Part shown: positions 11,540 through 25,020 of the stretch, piece after piece
Position numbering within the stretch: the first letter of the stretch is position 1
How the letters are laid out: every line of letters starts with the position of its first letter
From: Octopus bimaculoides
Taxonomy: Eukaryota
Reading direction: 5' to 3'
DNA length: 64,000 nucleotides
Assembly (NCBI RefSeq): GCF_001194135.2
Contig: NC_068990.1
Coordinates: forward strand, 53,217,713-53,281,712
Position numbers and translations under genes: made by a program
Notes under the pieces: model-generated
What the model saw: only the letters and a program-made list of their open reading frames with translations
What the model was told of the DNA's origin: nothing
The model's database searches: none

Positions 11540-11862
11540 AAAATAAAGCTTATTTGATGTGTAATTTATTCGATTGTTCTTGTCTTCACATCAGTTGGTA
11601 AGAAAAGAAGTCATTTGACAACACTTTTTTGTTTGTAATTGGCTATCCTGTTGTAGGTTCAATGCGTGGAATATTGAGATGATACCCGTCTTGTCCATTC
11701 CACAGAATAAGAGTATACTGGAGAGCATGATAAAAGAGATGAGTCCGTGAAACACATTTGAGGTTGTTATCTAGAACATGAATGAGAATATCATGCTTTT
11801 CATGGGGATCACCAACCATAAGGATGGCTACTTCATTAAATGTGGGCTCATTAAAACAGCGT
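11540..11862 (-). mobile_element. Degenerate Helitron Rep coding remnant (element probably spans ~10850-12780)
   Basis: With a frameshift the minus strand gives RCFNEPTFNEVAILMVGD / DILIH...HALQYTLILWNGQDGYHLNIP...KKVLSNDFFSYQLM, like Helitron RFNAPTxNEVA..YDALQYPLIFWxGEDGYH. Confidence 0.72.
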
Positions 11863-13104
11863 AAAATGCTCTTTACTATAGTTTACTATAGACGAACACA
11901 CTCATAGAATTGATAATATTGAAAACAGCAAAATGCACACATACATAGTTTAAGCGAAATGAAATGTAGTCAATATAGGTGCAAAACATACATTCTGTAG
12001 CATAGTTATACTATAAAAAATGGAAAGTCATCAATTTAGCAAAAGTTACTATGCATCACCAATGTAACAAAGTACAGAAAGTCAATATTTATTTGGAATA
12101 TGTACTAAATGTTATAAAATTCCCGATTGAATATCACAGTGAAGAAAGTGAAAGCCCAAGAAAATTCAGAAGGCATAATTCAATTTTTCATACAAAATTA
12201 ATTTATTTTACAGTTTTGAAATGAATGCTGAACCAAGTGTATAGAAAGGAAGATGCTGTTGTTGTAACATTAATTTAAAATATTTGCTGAAAGATGCATG
12301 TAGCAAGATATAAATGAATTTGACATTACTACCTATTTTTTAACTGTGTAACGTTATAGGCTGTAAAATAAATACTGACTAACGCAGTAAAAAGGTTGTG
12401 TGATGTTGATACTCACAGTGATGAAGGATACAAGGACTGTTTAAAAAAACATTATCTTGAAACTGGTTAGAAGGAGTGGAATAACATTTCTGTAATTATA
12501 TTGAAAGAGTCGCTGAAGCTTTCTACTTCAAGTTTCCGAATTTGTTATAATAACCAGGATAACATTTTTTTTTTAGATATATTTGTGAGTATTGTGAGTG
12601 ATTTTAAATCAGCCAGATCTTCATGTTTGTAGTACTCCAAAGTGAACGCTGTTGTTTGTTTAAAGTCCAGGCTGCAACTAAACTTTCAATATCGGTGCGG
12701 TTCACTGTTGGGTGGGAGAAAGTTACATACATAAACTAAGGCACACACACACACATACATTGATGCACACCTGAAGCCTATCTCTGTCATTTTGTGTCAG
12801 TCATCACAAAAATGTATGTATACTAACAGACACATATATTAGTCAGTCATTGGCCTATCATAGGTAACGAACACTTGAACACTCTATAGAAAATGTGACG
12901 TCATTGTCATTGTGGTAGCGATATAAAATGTTGTTTATGATAGGTGACTAAAAGAAAAATGACAATGTTAAATTTTAGTAATGCAAATATGTGAATGAAA
13001 ATATAGTTTAGTTGGTAGCCAAAAGCCTGCTGAATTTTTTTGATACCCCATATGTCAAGATTAGCAATTCGGTTTTGGAATGCATAAGGAACATACACGC
13101 GCGT

Positions 13105-13143
<39 letters not shown>

Positions 13144-13215
13144 AATACAAACTCATCATCATCATCATTGCTTAATGTCTGTCTTTTATATATATAAGAT
13201 TAGACACCTATAAGT

Positions 13216-13835
13216 TTAAACAAACATATACAATAGTATCTTAGCACGAGAATAGCGAAAAATAAACAAAAACCTAAACTTAAAAAGATTTAAATTTATT
13301 TTAAAACTCTTGTAATCATAAATATTCCACAAATCCTTCATATTCAATGCTTGTGGGATGAAAAATGTTTGATGTTGATCATATCTTGCACAATTTACAG
13401 CAGATATTGAATCCATTGCAAGATACATTACTGTTTTTAAAATATTCATTCTGTGAATTGTCATGGGCAAATTTTCTGGTCTGTTGTAGAGATCATTTTT
13501 ATGACTCTGTAGATACTGCTTCATAAAATATCTCAATTCATCGAACATTTCCTCAGTGGGATTAAACATTGGAGAATAAGGAGGTAGATACTTAACCGTA
13601 TGTTGTGGCATGAGATCAATTTCATTGACACATTTGTGGATGCATGCATTGTCCATAATAAATATGACAGGATCTGATGTAGTCACAGCGATCTTTAGTG
13701 AACAATGATGATAAAAAGATGTTAAATTCAGAAGTTGTGATCTTCTTAAATGTTTTGAACTGGACAAGACCCAATATATCCATAGTGGTGATAATGTTTA
13801 AATTTTCCCCTTTAGGAATGACACTTCTTCACACA
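13216..13835 (-). mobile_element. Tc1/IS630-like DDE transposase, C-terminal half
   Basis: VIFIMDNACIH...YLPPYSPMFNPTEE lies in the 183-aa ORF. One frameshift near 13690 links it to an upstream KGKILNIITTMDILGLVQF..FNIFLSSL segment. Confidence 0.82.
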
Positions 13836-13844
13836 GTTCTCTTC

Positions 13845-15040
13845 ATTCATACACAGCACATGGCCATACCAGCGCAGTTGTCTGATGCACACCACATCTG
13901 ATGCTTCTTATGTCCAACCTTTCTCTCAGATTGCTTACACTCTGTTGTGTATGCACACTGACATTACACATCCAGTGGATCATACTAGCTTCGGTTCTTT
14001 CAAGCCTATGCATGTCTTCAGCAGTCACAGCCCATGTTTCACTGACATGTAGCATGGCAGTTCGCACACATGCATCATACAATCTACCTTTCACTCTGAG
14101 CGAGAGGCCCTTTGTCACTAGTAGAGGTAAGAGCTTTCTGAACTTTGCCTAGGCTATTCCTATTCTAGTGGTAACACTCTCAGAGCATCCACCCCCACTA
14201 CAGACTTGGTCACCTAGATAGCGGAAGCTATCAACTACTTCTAGTTTCTCCCCTTGGCTTGTGATGGAGTCTGTTTTCTGTGCATCTGTGGTGTTTATTG
14301 CTCCCCATGCATCTGCTGCACACAAAGGCTATCTTCCTGGTTAACCTTCCTTTGATGTTGCTGCACCTCTTATATGTTCATAGCTTACACTGGGTACATC
14401 TTATGAAGTTTCTACCTACACTGGGTACATCTTATGAAGTTTCTATCTACAGATCGAGCAGGGCCACCTACCGGAAGGGGTTTGTGATGTGTTCGCCTTC
14501 CTACTTACTAGGGCTTTGGTTTTTAATAGATTGACTTTAAGGCTCTACGATTCTGAACCTTGCATCTACACCTGAAATTCGTTCTCTAGCTCTGATAGTG
14601 ATTCCGCTATGAGAGCAAGGTCATCAGCATAGAGGAGCTCCCAGGGGCAACCTGTCTTGAATTCCTCTGTTATTGTCTGGAGGACTATGATGAATAAGAG
14701 GAGGCTGAGGGCTGATCCTTGGTAATCCCCTACTTCTACCTGGAAATCTTCACTATACTCATTGCTGACCCTTACCTTACTAATGGCATCCCTGTACAGG
14801 GCCTGTACAGCTCTTATTAACCACTCATCAATCCCTAGTTTCTGCATCGCCCACCAGATAAGGGATCGGGGGACCCTGTCAAAGGTTTTTCCAAGTCAAC
14901 AAAGACAGGAATAGGGGTTTATCTTTGGTTAAGTATTTCTCCTGCAGTTTCTGTACCAGGAATATAGCATCAGTGGTGCTTCTACCTGGTACAAAACTGA
15001 ACTGCATCTCATCCAAGCAAACTTTCTCCCTAATTAGTTA
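13845..15040 (-). mobile_element. RTE-clade LINE reverse-transcriptase fragment
   Basis: ORF 14566-14847 has QGSALS and LLYADD. ORF 13843-14118 has KGRLYDACVRTAMLHVSETW. The coding frame is broken by frameshifts. Confidence 0.88.
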
Positions 15041-15050
15041 GGCTTATTAT

Positions 15051-15083
<33 letters not shown>

Positions 15084-15787
15084 GGTTGTATTTTAAAAAC
15101 ACTGTGCTTTCTTAATCCTTGATACTTAGCTAGCCATCACCTTTATGCTGCAGAAGCAGCAGCATAAATATATAATATATATTTGTGCCAGCATGTACAT
15201 GTGCGGGTGCATACATGTGCATGTGCACAAGCATGTGTTACATTTATGTACACATATACATACATATACTCCCACCTAATCATAATGTATACCACATTTA
15301 TAATGTTAATATGAATTAAAGTACCAGTCAAGTACTGAAGTTATAATTGATTAAACCTTTCACTTTTTAAAATTTACACTTCATTTTAATAGGAATTAAT
15401 CCCCAGTCATTTTCATATTATTACATATCTAGCTCTGTCTGGGGTCTGATATAACTTAGTCAAAAGAGAATGGGCAATGTTCTTGACCTTTACAGGCTCT
15501 CCACAAACTGAAAGAATGCATTGTTGGCTAAGTAAACTAAAAATATCCTTCTCTTCTCAATCATAGCTGAATTGTGCTCCCACAACATATGGCTGAAATC
15601 AACATGTATGTGGTGCTATAAAGCCTTCTTTGCATTAACCATTGATGAAACTTTTCAGTGTTTACAACAAACATCAGCTGAGTAGTTCAATGTTGCCCCT
15701 ATGCAGTAGCATAACCTCTATAAAGTAAAAAGTGACCTGGTTTCTGTAAGCTATTGGAGTTCCTCTAGGATAGAGTGATTCAATAAT

Positions 15788-15924
15788 GATTGTTCCTTGG
15801 GTGGTTCAATAAAGATTGTTCCTAGGGTGGTTCAATAAAGATTGTTCCTAGGGTGGTTCAATAAAGATTGTTCCTAGGGTGGTTCAATAAAGATTGTTCC
15901 TAGGGTGGTTCAATAAAGATTGTT
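15788..15924. repeat. 26-bp minisatellite, 5 full copies plus a partial (GATTGTTCCTAGGGTGGTTCAATAAA)
   Basis: Units start at 15788, 15814, 15840, 15866 and 15892, with a partial unit at 15918. They are nearly identical and have no spacers. Confidence 0.95.
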
Positions 15925-15929
15925 TAGAT

Positions 15930-18351
15930 CAGTGGTCCTCAGGTCCTCAAACACTTTTTATCTATGGACCCGTTTGATTACTATTTTATTCTGGTGGACC
16001 CCCATAGCTGTTCAGTGTTTAAAAACTAGTTTTATAGATGCTTCTTTCAAAATTCCTATTTTATTTTTCGTCCATTCACTCGTGTTGGTTTGCAATAGCT
16101 TTATCTGAGAGAAAATTTTTCAGTGGCAAGAAACATGTTGAATAGTGTTAAACATTAGTGAAAAAACACTGAGCTGATTTCTGCAATAGACACATCTAAA
16201 ACAAAATTTTTCCTGGAGCCTTAAAATACAACTTTAGTAGAAAGTGGGTTATACATCTTTAGATTGTATACCTGACTTTCTACTATAAAATTGAAGAAAT
16301 TGATGGAACGCTGAACTCCAGACTAAACAACTTAAACAACATTTATTTACTTGGTAAAACATACAAATCTTTTAGTTGTACATCTTTAGAGGTGAGAATA
16401 ACGAGCTGTCGAGTATAAGACCGAAAAATGTAGAGACAGCTTTAAACACACGTCCTTGCTCAATCGCTGGCCAGCGTGAAAGAGAATGCATTGAGCGGGA
16501 AACGCTTGCTTTATTAATTCTATGCATGCGTAAGACTANNNNNNNNNNNNNNNNNNNNNNNNNNNNNNNNNNNNNNNNNNNNNNNNNNNNNNNNNNNNNN
16601 NNNNNNNNNNNNNNNNNNNNNNNNNNNNNNNNNNNNNNNNNNNNNNNNNNNNNNNNNNNNNNNNNNNNNNNNNNNNNNNNNNNNNNNNNNNNNNNNNNNN
16701 NNNNNNNNNNNNNNNNNNNNNNNNNNNNNNNNNNNNNNNNNNNNNNNNNNNNNNNNNNNNNNNNNNNNNNNNNNNNNNNNNNNNNNNNNNNNNNNNNNNN
16801 NNNNNNNNNNNNNNNNNNNNNNNNNNNNNNNNNNNNNNNNNNNNNNNNNNNNNNNNNNNNNNNNNNNNNNNNNNNNNNNNNNNNNNNNNNNNNNNNNNNN
16901 NNNNNNNNNNNNNNNNNNNNNNNNNNNNNNNNNNNNNNNNNNNNNNNNNNNNNNNNNNNNNNNNNNNNNNNNNNNNNNNNNNNNNNNNNAAGAAAATGTA
17001 TGAGTGCACAAGTGTGTGTGTGAGAATAAACACAGAACATGCAATGTATAAATGAAATGACAAAACAACCGTGATGACAACTGTCCAGGAAACTGGAATC
17101 ACGCGATGTAAAAGTCTTGAGTGTTTGTTTTCCCTGAAAGGAAAGAAAATGTATGAGTGCACAAGTGTGTGTGTGAGAAAAAACAGAACAAGTGAAAGTG
17201 TCTGTAGTATAGGCTGCGAAAAATCCCAAAACACCGAGATAGAGTACATTGATGAAAACGTCGGTGCAGGAACTGCTATAGCTGTGTTCTGTATGTGTGG
17301 TGGTAATGATGTTGTCAGTGGTAATGATTCCTGTCTGTTTTTCGTGAGTGGAAAAAATCCACTCTAACAGAGACGAGAATAAAAACCGCTCTTGTTGAGT
17401 CGTGTTGACTATGGTTGGAGATGTTGGTAATGAGTCAGTCTCCATGGCCGTATTTGTTCTTTAGTCGAGGTTCACNNNNNNNNNNNNNNNNNNNNNNNNN
17501 NNNNNNNNNNNNNNNNNNNNNNNNNNNNNNNNNNNNNNNNNNNNNNNNNNNNNNNNNNNNNNNNNNNNNNNNNNNNNNNNNNNNNNNNNNNNNNNNNNNN
17601 NNNNNNNNNNNNNNNNNNNNNNNNNNNNNNNNNNNNNNNNNNNNNNNNNNNNNNNNNNNNNNNNNNNNNNNNNNNNNNNNNNNNNNNNNNNNNNNNNNNN
17701 NNNNNNNNNNNNNNNNNNNNNNNNNNNNNNNNNNNNNNNNNNNNNNNNNNNNNNNNNNNNNNNNNNNNNNNNNNNNNNNNNNNNNNNNNNNNNNNNNNNN
17801 NNNNNNNNNNNNNNNNNNNNNNNNNNNNNNNNNNNNNNNNNNNNNNNNNNNNNNNNCGTGGTTCACCAGTTATAAGTTGGTAATCCGTAGTTCATGCTGC
17901 GTTTTTTCTTCGTCGGGGGTCACCACTTTAGTAGAAAGTGGGTTATACATCTTTAGATTGTATACCTGACTTTCTACTAAAAAATTAAAGAAATAGACGG
18001 AACGCTGAACTCCAGACTAAACAACTTAAACAACATTTATTTACTTGGTAAAACATACAAATCTTTAGTTATACATCTTTAGAAGTGAGAATAACGAGCT
18101 GTCGAGTATAAGACCGAAAGATGTAGAGACAGCTTTTAAACATACATCCATGCTCAATCGCTGGCCAGCTTGAAAGAGAATGAATTGAGCGGGAAACGCT
18201 TGCTTTATTAATTCTACGCATGCGTAAGACTACGCATGCGAAGGCGTTACTACACAACCATTGATCTCCAATTTACTATTTTGCTTGCATGGACCTTGAA
18301 AATCTTATATAAACCCTCAGGGATCATATGGGCCCCAGTTGAGAACCACTG
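15930..18351. mobile_element. hAT (Charlie-like) MITE of about 400 bp, interrupted by an LTR element
   Basis: Terminal inverted repeats are CAGTGGTCCTCA at 15930 and GTTGAGAACCACTG ending at 18351. The 8-bp TSD GTTTAGAT lies at 15922-15929 and 18352-18359. Confidence 0.85.
16233..18254 (-). mobile_element. Small LTR retroelement: 5' LTR 17927-18254, tRNA-Trp PBS 17911-17925, 3' LTR from 16233 into the gap
   Basis: Direct repeats of ~305 visible nt differ at about 15 positions. The ends are TGTAGTA...TACTAAA and the LTR contains AATAAA. PBS TGGTGACCCCCGACG is complementary to the tRNA-Trp 3' end apart from one extra base. The 4-bp TSD CAAC lies at 16229-16232 and 18255-18258. Confidence 0.85.
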
Positions 18352-20099
18352 GTTTAGATTGATTTCTTAGGAATTATTGATTAGTGGTAGTGAGAATTTC
18401 AAATGTTAGAGATATGAGATAGGGGTGGGGCATTGAGTTGGTAGGAAATTAGGAAAATAGGCAAAGGTGGAAGTGAGGAGTCCAATGCAACAAATATCTA
18501 ATGAGCTGGCATAAAGTTGAGACAACCCTTAGGATTATAATATAGAAAGGTTAGATAGAGGGGATAGAATTGAAGAAAAGTTGTATTTATATATCACATT
18601 TATAGAATATATATTTGTGCCTGCATGTTCATGTGTGGGTGCATACACATGCATGTGCACAACCTTCTGTTACATTTATGTTCACATATGCAGACATGTA
18701 TATCCATACACCTATGTATATACATACACATACTCTGACCTAAACAGAAGTGAAACAAGAAAATAATTTTTCAAAAATACATGAATATTTGAAAAAGTGT
18801 AGAAATAGTTAACAAGGTTTTAACTAATTTTCACTTTAATGTTTTGAATAAGTCGTATTGTTTATATTATTAAAAAGGCATCATCTATAGCCCTTAGTTG
18901 TTAACTACTGCTCTCAAGTTATGTGTGTGGGTGTGGGTGTGTGGATGGGAGGGCAGTCTGTGGCTTATTGCCAAGATTTTTTTTATCAGCATTCACCGTG
19001 GCACTCTGCCAAAATCCAGGTGTTTTCTGATTTGCTTTTGATGATTTGTGGGAAAAAAATGCACCATAGAAATTGTCTGAATGCATTATCTGAACATCAG
19101 TCATTATGTATATATATATATATGTACACATATACATATATATATATAATGTGTGTGTATTTACACACATACACTGCCCTCCTACACACACACACATACT
19201 TATTAAATTAAAACATACATTAATATAGAGGCATAATGCCAAGAATAATTACCGAGGGAGATGATAGGAATCAAGCTCTCATATCCTCTTGTTATTGATA
19301 AATAAAGATATGTCTATGTGTATGTTACATGGGAAAGAAGGGCACAATCAAGAAATAATTAGAAGCGCATTGTGACTAGTGTTGTATAACAACATCTGAT
19401 TGTCCAGTTGATGCAGGTGATATATAATTATTTTATCAATGTATACATTAGAGACAGTATTAGATTAAACTAATGATGTGTATAATATTTATAATGTTAG
19501 TACAAATGTAAAATAGCTGTAGTAGTTAGTCTCAGAGAAACTTCCCTTGAGAGAGACAAACTACAGCAACTAGTAGAACTGTTCTATATTTCTATTAACA
19601 TTATAAATGTTCTATACATTATGATTATTTGAATATGTTATATTACTAATATCATCTACTTCTTTTTCAATAGTTGCAGGGATTGGATGGGTGTCAAACC
19701 TGGTCGTTAGACTATCTCTGGTGTGCTTTAGGTTTCAATTTTTCTATCACAGAGATTGAATTAACACTTTAAGAATCAAGAAAATATAATTTCCTCTTTA
19801 ATCTAGACATTATATTGATACTCTTTCTAATATTCCTGAAATGCAGTTGAATCAGTGGCTATCTCAACATAATGGATAAACTCTAGAATTTTAAAATTTC
19901 TAGATTATCGAAATTATTTTAATTCTTCCATAAATTTCAGCTCCTTCATCTCATTAACAGCCACACTTTTCTGCAATTTATTTCTTGTGCATATTTCCCA
20001 ATCAAACAATAGACAGCTAAAATTCATATTTACCTCAGCCAAACCTTTTAGTATTTACTTTGATCTCTATGTCTTTCCAAATTCTGGTTTTTTTAATAC

Positions 20100-20232
20100 C
20101 TTCAACTTCAGTGCTTGACTGGTACTTTGTTTTATTGTCCCCAGAGAGATAAATGGCAAAGTTGACCCTGGTGGAATTTGAACTTAGAGTATAATGAGTC
20201 AGCAGAAATACTGCTAAGTATTTTGTCCAGCT
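20100..20232 (-). mobile_element. SINE family A fragment
   Basis: Core ggcaaagttgacc...ggaatttgaact in reverse orientation. Confidence 0.65.
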
Positions 20233-20850
20233 CTGTAATAATTTTATGGTTGAGCATTGCCAGTGCTTTAACAAGCAAAGAGAAACAAAAGATCAAAGTC
20301 AATCTGAGTTGAAAGAAAAAGAACAATGAAGCTCTACTCTTGTTTGGCATTTTAATATTTCCTCTCATCTAAATTAGTAATAGTTTATGTAGCAACATTT
20401 TGTCAAGTGGTTCTACACACACATATTTTTGAATAAATTTTGTCTAAGAAGAATGGGCAATGGCCTTAAGTGTTTGCAGCCATAGGCTAGTGAAGTTGAT
20501 AGGTTTTGATATTTAGTTTGAACTTGTGTAGGTTAATGTCTACAAAACAAAATCGGTGGTGATAATGGCACAGGGGTGGGGAGTATAGGATGAAAGGAGA
20601 TTGAGACAGTCTGCTTGAGATAAAGGGCAAATTACTTATTGATTCAGAAGGGCAGGAATCATTGTAGTTGCAGTTAAAGAAGTTGGGTGGATGGAATCTG
20701 TCTGGGGAGTTAAGAATTCTCTATCAGCTAGATGGTCTGTTTATTCTGTGTGTAGCACAGCTGCACTGATATGTGAGCAGTACTCTAATGTATCAAAATG
20801 TGATATACTGCACTGCATACAGTTAGATTCCAGCATTTTAAATATATATA

Positions 20851-22690
20851 ATCATCATCATCATCATCATTTAACAACTGTTTTCCTTACTCACATGGGA
20901 CATAAATGGTTTGATGTGAGCTCACAAGCCAGAGCGCTCCATTGTCATGGTTTCTATGGCTGGATGCCTTTCCTAATGCCGACCAGTTTACAGACTGTAC
21001 CAGGTGCTTTCTACATGGCACCAACACAAGTGCTTTTTATGTTGCACCAGCATGAGTGCATTTTAGTAGAGGAATGGATGCCTTTTATGTGGCATCAGCA
21101 CAGGCACTTTTAACATTGCACCAACACCTACAGGTTCGCCAGATAGCTTGCAAGACAGAGACCTCCCAACTGTGTGTATGAATAGCCATAATGTTACTTA
21201 GTTTGATGTGTCTTCTCAAGTAGAGCAAATTGCCAAAAGTCTCAGTCCCTTGTCATTTCCTCTGTGAGGTTCAACATCTGAATATCGTTTCTTACCACTT
21301 TGTACTACATATTCTTGTATCTACTCCTTCCTCAGGTTCCCTCCATAATTAGAGATTGGCACTTCTTTATGTAGCTGTCTTCATCCATATGCATCACATG
21401 ACCATACCAGTATAGTCTTCTATCTTCCACACAACATCTGGTGCTTTTATACCCTCTTTTTCTCTTAAATTATTCATACATGCACACTGACATTACCCAT
21501 CCAGCAGATTATGTTGGCTTCATTTCTTTCAAGCCTTTGCATGTTCTCTACACTCACAGCTCATGTTTCACTGCCATGTAGCATAGCTGTTTGTATACAG
21601 ACATCATACAGCCTGTTTATTATTTGTGGTAGAGGCCCTTTGTTACCAACACTTGTGCTTGGTACACCTAATGGAGTTTCTATCAACACTTTTTCTACAT
21701 ATCAAGCAGGGTCTTCTTCCTGAAGGAACTAATGATTTGTCTGTTTTCCTACTTACTTGGACTTTAGCCTTTGCTGAATTAACTCTAAGGCCCTTTGTTT
21801 CCAGGCTTTGCTTCCACACCTGAAATTTCTTCTCTAGTTCTGATAGTGATTCAGCTATAAGAACAAGGTTATGAGCATAGAGAAGCAATAAGGGTAGTAA
21901 GTCTTAAATTTCTCTGTGATAGCCTGGGGGACTATGATAAACAGGAGTGGACTGAGAACTAATATTTGAACTCCTACCTATACACTAAATTCCTTGCTAT
22001 ACTCATTACTGACTTTCATCTTATTAACACCATCCCTGTACATGGCTTGTACAACTCTCACCAACCATTCATCTATCCCTAGCTTCTGCATTGAACACCA
22101 GATAAGGGAGCAGGGGTCTCCGTTAAAGGCTTTCTCCATGTTGACAAAAGCCAAGTACAGAGGTTCGTTTTTGGCTGAATACTTCTGAAGCTGCCTTACC
22201 AAGATGATTGCATCAGTAGTACCTCTTCCTGGCACAAAACCAAACTGCATCTCATCTAGTTAACTCTCTTCCTAATTAATTGAGCTATGACCCTTTCTGT
22301 AACTTTCATGTCCTGGTCCAGCAATTTGATACCTCTTTAATTATTTCTGTTTAAGGTGTCACCTTAAACAGTTGACTATAATACTGCTAGTTGTTGGGTA
22401 TGACCCCCTTGTGAACAACATGATTAGCTATACAGGTGACTAGGCCATATCCCACTCTACCAGTTGTTTTAAGCAGTAATTGCTAATGGGCCTGGAATTT
22501 TCCCTATTTTCATATTCTTAATTGCTTTATCTATCATAATGTTGTAAACTCTGATGGCTGGTCCTTTACTTGGGTTCACATCAGGCAGACTCTCTTTCTC
22601 CCATGCATTCTCAACATTTAGTAGCCTTTCATTTTGACACTTCAAACTTCTTTCTTTGTAGAATCACTAACTGCAAGTGAACCATCATCC
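20851..22690 (-). mobile_element. 5'-truncated RTE-clade LINE (RT through 3' tail)
   Basis: It has MQFGFVPGRGTTDAIILVRQLQ and LLYAHNLVLIAES (a decayed YADD), and a (CAT)n tail at 20851-20870. It is the same family as 13845-15040 and 8977-9653. Confidence 0.85.
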
Positions 22691-23526
22691 AATGTGAATG
22701 TACTTCTACATCACATGTTTGTGTGTGTGCACGCACGTGTGCACGTACATACAAACAATCAAAGACACACACATGTACAATTGTATATATACATGCACAC
22801 ACCCACTTTTTAAAGGCATCTGCCCACTCTCTAACAGATGGTGGAAAGTTCTGATAGCTAAGGTTTTAGTAATAAAGAAAATGTTAACAGCAAGCATTTC
22901 CAGCTTCTCTCTTGTCTTGTGAAACTAGTTTTGAAGAGGCCATTGCTCTGGCAGTACTTCTACAAAATCTTCCACAAACTTCTACTGCTGCTTCTTTTCA
23001 TTTTCTCCCTCCTCTCCCTAACAAACCCTTTCCCTCTCCTTCATCTCCCCACACATCTATCAAAGTGTTTTGGATAGTTGCCTTGTTGTTATGTGTAAGT
23101 ATCTAGGAATGTCAGCTGATAGCATCAGGTTACCATATGTGATTTGTTGTTGTTGGCTCGCTGAGGTTTTTTTTTTTTATCTACTTAATCATTGAGGACA
23201 TCTCATCTTTTAGAACCATTTCCATACTTTCTGTTGTGGCTGTTTTTTAGCCCAGGTCAGTTAGCTCTGATCAAACTGATTCTATCATCAAAATTCATTC
23301 CAGCTGTAAAAGAAACATTCCTCTCTTTGTGGAGGTTTCCATGGGGACTACATTATTTAATGTGTCCCATTTTTCTGTGACGCACTGTATCTCGAACTGT
23401 ATTATACAATATGCTTTCCTTTTTAAGATAAGATGATTTCACTGTTATTTATAGCAGGTCAAGCAACTTCAAGGTGTTTCTCTGTGTGTGTGTGTATACA
23501 TTATATATACATACATTCACACACAT

Positions 23527-23579
<53 letters not shown>

Positions 23580-23589
23580 GCACACACAC

Positions 23590-23880
23590 AAGTGACCAAG
23601 ACCTTTGATGATATGCTGTGCATGAGAAGATTCATCAAGCCAAGTGAAATTGTAATTGTGGCCAATGCCAGTGTCATGCAAATGGCACCCATGCTGGTGG
23701 CACGTAAAAAATACTCATTACACTCTTGGGGTGGTTGGCGTTAGGAAGGGAATCCAGCTACAGAAACTATGCCAAACCAGACTGGAACCTAGTGCAGCTC
23801 TCCAGCTTACCAATTCCAGTCTAACTGTCTAACTCATGCCAGCATAGAAAGTGGACGTTAAGTGATGAGGATGATGATGA
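23590..23880 (+). mobile_element. RTE 3'-tail-type short repeat
   Basis: It has ttggcgttaggaagggaatccagct and the ...catgccagcatagaaagtggacgttaagtgatg tail shared with 9500-9653. Similar copies lie at 27320-27500, 29105-29240 and 49359-49449. Confidence 0.7.
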
Positions 23881-23889
23881 TTATATATA

Positions 23890-24245
23890 TCTTTTACTTG
23901 TTTCAGTCATTGGACTGCGGCCATACTGGGGAACCACCTTGATAGGTTCTGTAGTACTTGTTCTATTTTTTAAAGCTTGGTGCTTAGTCTAACAGTCTCT
24001 TTTACCAAACTACTAAGTTACAGGGATGTAAAGAAACCTACACTGGTTGTCAGGCAGTGGTGGGGGGACAGACACAAAGACCCCCTCCCCCACTTATGTG
24101 TGTGTGTCAAGTATGCTTCTTTTAGTTTCTGTCTACCAAATCCACTCACAGGCTTTGGTTGACCATGGGCTATAATAAAAGACAGTTGCCTAGGTGCATG
24201 CAGTGGGAGTGAACCCAAAACCATGTGGTTGAGAAGCAAACTTTT
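23890..24245 (-). mobile_element. SINE family B, full length
   Basis: Reverse complement of the 4465-4820 architecture. Confidence 0.75.
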
Positions 24246-24649
24246 GGTATTTTTTGTTATCGTTGATGTGGAGATCTTGCTTGCTAGTGATCTTATATGT
24301 ACAGGTCTTGTGAGTGACGATGATGATATAATTGCATATTTTTGATTTGTGGAAATACCTCAAGCAATTCCAATATCCCACAAAATTGATGACATTCTAG
24401 AAAACATAAAAATCTCCAAGATGAGTTGATAAATATTTTACAGCAGGGTTGAGACCCCTAGTATTGATATTTTTTTAGATTGTAACTGTCAAATGACCTG
24501 TCAATGTCTTGAAACAAAGGAATGAGTATCATCCCTGTTGTTCTAATTACAAATGTGATTATAGACCTATTTCTTACAGTCTATAATGGTTCTAATTGTT
24601 GTTGTTGTTGATATTATTAGGAACAGGGATTGGCAACATTATTTTGAAC

Positions 24650-24824
24650 AAAGTGTTAGTTAAGTCTTTATGTTCTGAGTTCAAATCCCACTAAGGTCAA
24701 CTTTGTCTTTCATCTTTTTAGGGTTGGTATAAAAAAATAAGTTCCAAGTACTTGGGTTGATTTAATCAACCAACCCCCTTACCCCAAAATTTCTGGATTT
24801 CTGCCTTTGTTACAAATTGTTATG

Positions 24825-24865
<41 letters not shown>

Positions 24866-25020
24866 AGTAATATTGTATTGGATAGATCGCTTTATATATT
24901 TGTTCCAGTTTTCATGTTCTGAGTTCAAATTCCATTGAGGTCAACTTTTCATCCTTTCAGAGTTGATAAAATAGACAGATTAACACACTTCCCTTAAAAT
25001 TGCTAACTTTGTGTCAAAAT
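24650..25020 (+). mobile_element. Two SINE family A copies separated by (ATT)n
   Basis: The core gagttcaaat..gaggtcaactt..tcatccttt occurs twice, with (ATT)n at 24825-24864. Confidence 0.7.

Noticed and set aside
15788-15924. 26-bp direct repeats as a CRISPR array
   Set aside because: The units are contiguous with no spacers, there are no cas genes, and the context is a eukaryotic intron.
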